64,000 nucleotides of DNA from Coniocarpon cinnabarinum (taxonomy: Eukaryota): assembly GCA_051942205.1 (NCBI GenBank), contig JAVECO010000013.1, forward strand, positions 62,001-126,000, read 5' to 3'. Positions 62,401-64,000 of this stretch are shown piece after piece (position 1 is the first letter of the stretch; each line of letters begins with the position of its first letter). Position numbers and translations under genes: made by a program. The notes beneath the pieces are model-generated. The model did not search any database. It saw only the letters and a list, made by a program, of their open reading frames with translations, and had not been told where the DNA came from.

Positions 62401-64000
62401 TATTTTTTCCAGATCAAACACGAGTAGTCCAAGCTAGCTTTTCTAGCTTTCAGAGTCCCATTCTCACGTTTTTCAGACAAATTGGCGAGTCAAGCCGATC
62501 AAATTTATCGCAGTAATCGATCGCGCTCGAGGGGGCAATGATATGGCATTATTCTAGGTCAGAGAAAGTAGGCATTGCTCAGCTAACGAGCAATGCGTAT
62601 TGACAAGTGGGTGCTGATGCTCAGTGGCGATCTCGTGCGATTCTTTATCGCTGTTAGACGTGAATGTTGGATACTACCCGGATCGTGTTTGTGTTATGAC
62701 TACTCATCATGAGTTTCAGGAATCCCCACCTAAAGTCCGAGTCTGTCCCTGCGTTGCAATGGCTGGAAGCTGTGCATCAACTAGCCTTTCTGGTCGGATG
62801 TTATACGTGACTGTATTCATCATTCGTACAGTAGACGTGTCAAAACGGTATCTGATATTTGTTTAATGATGCAGTCACATGATCAAGATGAGGTCAGCTT
62901 GTGTGTCTTTGATACAAAAACAGAGTCGCAATCGTAGCACTCTCAATCCCTTACGTAATACTATAAGCTGCTTTAACGAGGCATTCTCGATTATAAGGGG
63001 CCAGAGTGGGAACATCTCTAAAAATTGCAAAGCATAAACGCTTCGTCGATGGGATGAAAGTGCGGAATGCTGCAAGAAAAGACGACAGTGATGCTCAGCA
63101 ACACTCCTACAAATTTCTGTTATCAGAAACGGTATCAAGGTTTGTGTATCACCAAAGTAAATGGGCTTTTACGACCGCACCTTTCTGAACAGTAGCTTTC
63201 CCCTCGGTGTCATCTAGGAACATCTTACACTTCGGAAGCCTGATTCCAGATTGATTGAAGATTCGTTGCGCTTTCAGCTGTTTTATTGATAAAAGGTCAA
63301 CAATCATTGACATGAATGTGACACCTCTACACAGCTGTACCCGCTCGATTAGCCAGAAGAATCAAATAAATAGCTCTCTAGACGCGAGCAACGTGTCCTG
63401 CAAGGCATCAGAACAGTAGTCACGTTTCAATCAACAAAGCCGAGGGGCAAAAAAGAACCGTCGCTCGAACTCGCAAGGCGAAGAACGATCTAAGAATTAG
63501 ACGTTGCAAAATCATCATTTCAAGGTGATAACAAGCTTCACCGCGAGAATAATGGTCGTATTCTCCTCTTGGACATGACATCTTGATGATCATTTCTGAT
63601 GAATCTCTCAAGCTAGCACGGTCTGCCCCTAACACATTTTCTTTCGTCTTCTCGAAGCTCGCACAATCTTTGAAGATGTCAATCTTCACTGAGCTCGATA
63701 TAAATACTCACCCGACATCACGGAAGCGTACGAGGCAGCGTGAAGTCTTCGTCCAGGGGCAAGCATGTTAGAGCCGTCTAATCACGTCACGACCTTACGT
63801 ATACTATCATTATCATTATCATTATTATTGAGTTCAGAGCATGATGATGCTCCTCAATGCACAAATACTTGCACTCGCGATTTTTAGACATCAATACGAT
63901 GACACACAACGAGAACGAAGATAAGGAGACCTTGACGCTTGCATACCCCCCCTTCTTGGGCAAACTTATCTTCGCACACCAACCTGAACCCACGATCTCA

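Noticed and set aside
59500..64000. Transposon or gene in the terminal region
   Set aside because: Only short ORFs, with no transposase, RT, LTR or TIR signatures recognisable by eye.

Overview
Eukaryotic nuclear DNA from a filamentous ascomycete (Pezizomycotina, inferred from short GT-AG introns with CTRAC branch sites and gene content). No rRNA, tRNA, CRISPR or intact transposon was seen. About 1-37.5 kb is mostly conserved genes: GT15 mannosyltransferase, phosducin-like protein, MRT4, MDM10, pah1/kal-1-type homeobox factor, DUF4604 protein, uracil phosphoribosyltransferase, G-protein beta subunit and GT90 glycosyltransferase. An accessory-looking patch at about 4-10 kb holds a PTH11-like membrane protein, a HET-domain pseudogene and a DUF1275 protein. 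About 37.5-64 kb is gene-sparse, with a DHA1 MFS transporter, a second PTH11-like gene, an FAD oxidoreductase, a P450 with an atypical heme motif and an F-box gene. The best leads are: (i) a backbone-less oxidative mini-cluster (51-58 kb) whose divergent promoter holds a frame-preserving 18-bp repeat that could encode a repeat peptide, plus a perfect CGG-N8-CCG palindrome; (ii) a roughly 400-nt multi-hairpin candidate ncRNA at 16.05-16.45 kb; (iii) linkage of G-beta with its phosducin-like chaperone; (iv) a HET pseudogene with three identifiable lesions. All calls come from reading the sequence by eye; no searches were run.
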